The notes beneath the pieces are model-generated. The model was not told where the DNA came from and did no database searches. It saw only the letters and a program-made list of their open reading frames with translations. Below are positions 62,846-64,000 of a stretch of DNA of 64,000 nucleotides, piece after piece (the stretch's first letter is position 1; the number at the start of each line of letters is the position of its first letter). The position numbers were made by a program, and so were the translations under genes. This DNA comes from Nemertoderma westbladi. Lineage: Eukaryota > Animalia > Xenacoelomorpha. The DNA lies in assembly GCA_032718475.1 (NCBI GenBank), contig JAUCBJ010008887.1, positions 259 through 64,258 of the forward strand. Direction: 5' to 3'.

Positions 62846-63628
62846 ATGAGTCAGTCGGGAGAGACGACACCGACGCGGACCCCGGACGAAGAACTAACGA
62901 TCCGCGAGGCCGCGACCAGACGGTATAGGCCCACGACGCCGGACCAATCGGTAACGGGTCATCCGGCAGTTCAGGATGAGGGGGGCCGTCTGGAGCCAGA
63001 AGCCGAGTCGAGAGGAAGGGGAGTCGAGTTGAGAGACCGAGAGGGTGAGTCGGAAGGAGAAGGAGACGAGTCGACACGGGACGAGGGTCGACGTACCGAT
63101 GTCGCCGGCCAGCCACAGGCCGAGGGCGACGAACGGCCCACCGAAACGGCGACGGTGGGGCCGACGGTACGACGCCGGACCCGGAGAGACGGAGGAGATG
63201 TCGGTACCGATGTCGCCGGCCAGCCACAGGCCGAGGGCGACGAACGGCCCACCGGAACGGCGACGGTGGGGCCGCCGGTACGACGTCGGACCCGGAGAGA
63301 CGGAAGAGAGGTCGGCGACGAGGACGTCGGGGTTTCTGATCGACTTCGACGGGCCTACAACGCGACCCAGAAACTACTAAAGGAGGCCAAAGAGGGGGCG
63401 AAGATAGACGAGGTGAGACTGAGGAAACGACTAGGTGAGTCGAATAGACACTTTAATTATCTAATGCGCTTCGGGCAAAGAGAACTGGCCAAGGAGAGAG
63501 CGAGAGGGGTTGCCGAGGAACTGTGTGACTTATGGCGGTGTAGGGGTATGGAACCTAGCGTAGTGTACGTAGGGCCATACTTAGTCGATGCCCGGGGAGT
63601 AAAATTAGTGGGTTGGGAGGAGACCTGA
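62846..63628 (+). CDS. Probable N-terminal part of Gag of element D (low complexity, with an internal ~114-bp duplication)
   Basis: First ATG after the 5' LTR and the A/G-rich strand bias typical of family BD. No diagnostic domain is reached within the window. Confidence 0.55.
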   Translation: MSQSGETTPTRTPDEELTIREAATRRYRPTTPDQSVTGHPAVQDEGGRLEPEAESRGRGVELRDREGESEGEGDESTRDEGRRTDVAGQPQAEGDERPTETATVGPTVRRRTRRDGGDVGTDVAGQPQAEGDERPTGTATVGPPVRRRTRRDGREVGDEDVGVSDRLRRAYNATQKLLKEAKEGAKIDEVRLRKRLGESNRHFNYLMRFGQRELAKERARGVAEELCDLWRCRGMEPSVVYVGPYLVDARGVKLVGWEET

Positions 63629-64000
63629 GGAGGGCGAATCCGAGGTTAACCCCGAGGATTCGGCCTCGTCGGTCGGAGGAAGTTCCGGGAGGCGGGGGAA
63701 AGTTAGTAGGACGGGGAGGCGGAGGGAATCCGTCACAACCGATAAGTCTGCTACATCCTCCGTAAAAGAAAGACGGGTGAGAGAGATAAATGCCACGTAC
63801 CATCTCGATCTGATAGAGCAAGGTCAGAGGGAAGTAGAGTAGACGGTTAGAGGAGGGGAGAATGCTGCTAGAGAGGGAAATGGCATTGATTAGAGAAACC
63901 GGAGAGAGGGCCGAAAGGGCCGCGAAAAGCCTTAGGGAGTGTGAGGAAATAGGGAGGAAGGAACAAGAAGAGCGTGAGGCGGAACGTGAGGGAACGTGTA

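Larger units (their letters stand above)
62227..64000 (+). mobile_element. 5' end of a Bel/Pao LTR retrotransposon (family BD, copy D)
   Basis: An LTR matching 8101-8644, followed by a 71-nt leader and a purine-rich ORF. The family assignment rests on the LTR. Confidence 0.9.

Overview
This is eukaryotic, probably invertebrate, repeat-rich DNA made almost entirely of nested mobile elements. It holds five pieces of Bel/Pao LTR retrotransposons from two families whose LTRs share no sequence. Family AC is represented by a 3' end at 1-2617 and a full-length decayed copy at 33614-50128. Family BD is represented by a 3' half at 2618-8644, an inverted 3' fragment at 46685-47352 and a 5' end at 62227-64000. 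Also present are the right part of a Polinton/Maverick-type endogenous virus (8645-22003: capsid, adenain protease, DEDD-like nuclease, TBP-like, disrupted protein-primed PolB, PC4-like), a 5'-truncated RTE-type LINE, an intronless BTB-BACK-Kelch gene, several MITEs and two long minisatellites. Three observations stand out. (1) Neither Bel/Pao family has a TGG-type tRNA primer-binding site. In both, the bases directly after the 5' LTR are complementary to a segment inside the element's own LTR, as part of a ~50-60 nt imperfect fold-back. This suggests Tf1-like, tRNA-independent self-priming. (2) Both families carry a homologous triple zinc-knuckle extra ORF in the env position. (3) The Polinton encodes its own TBP-like and PC4-like proteins. 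All protein assignments come from motif recognition by eye; no database searches were run.
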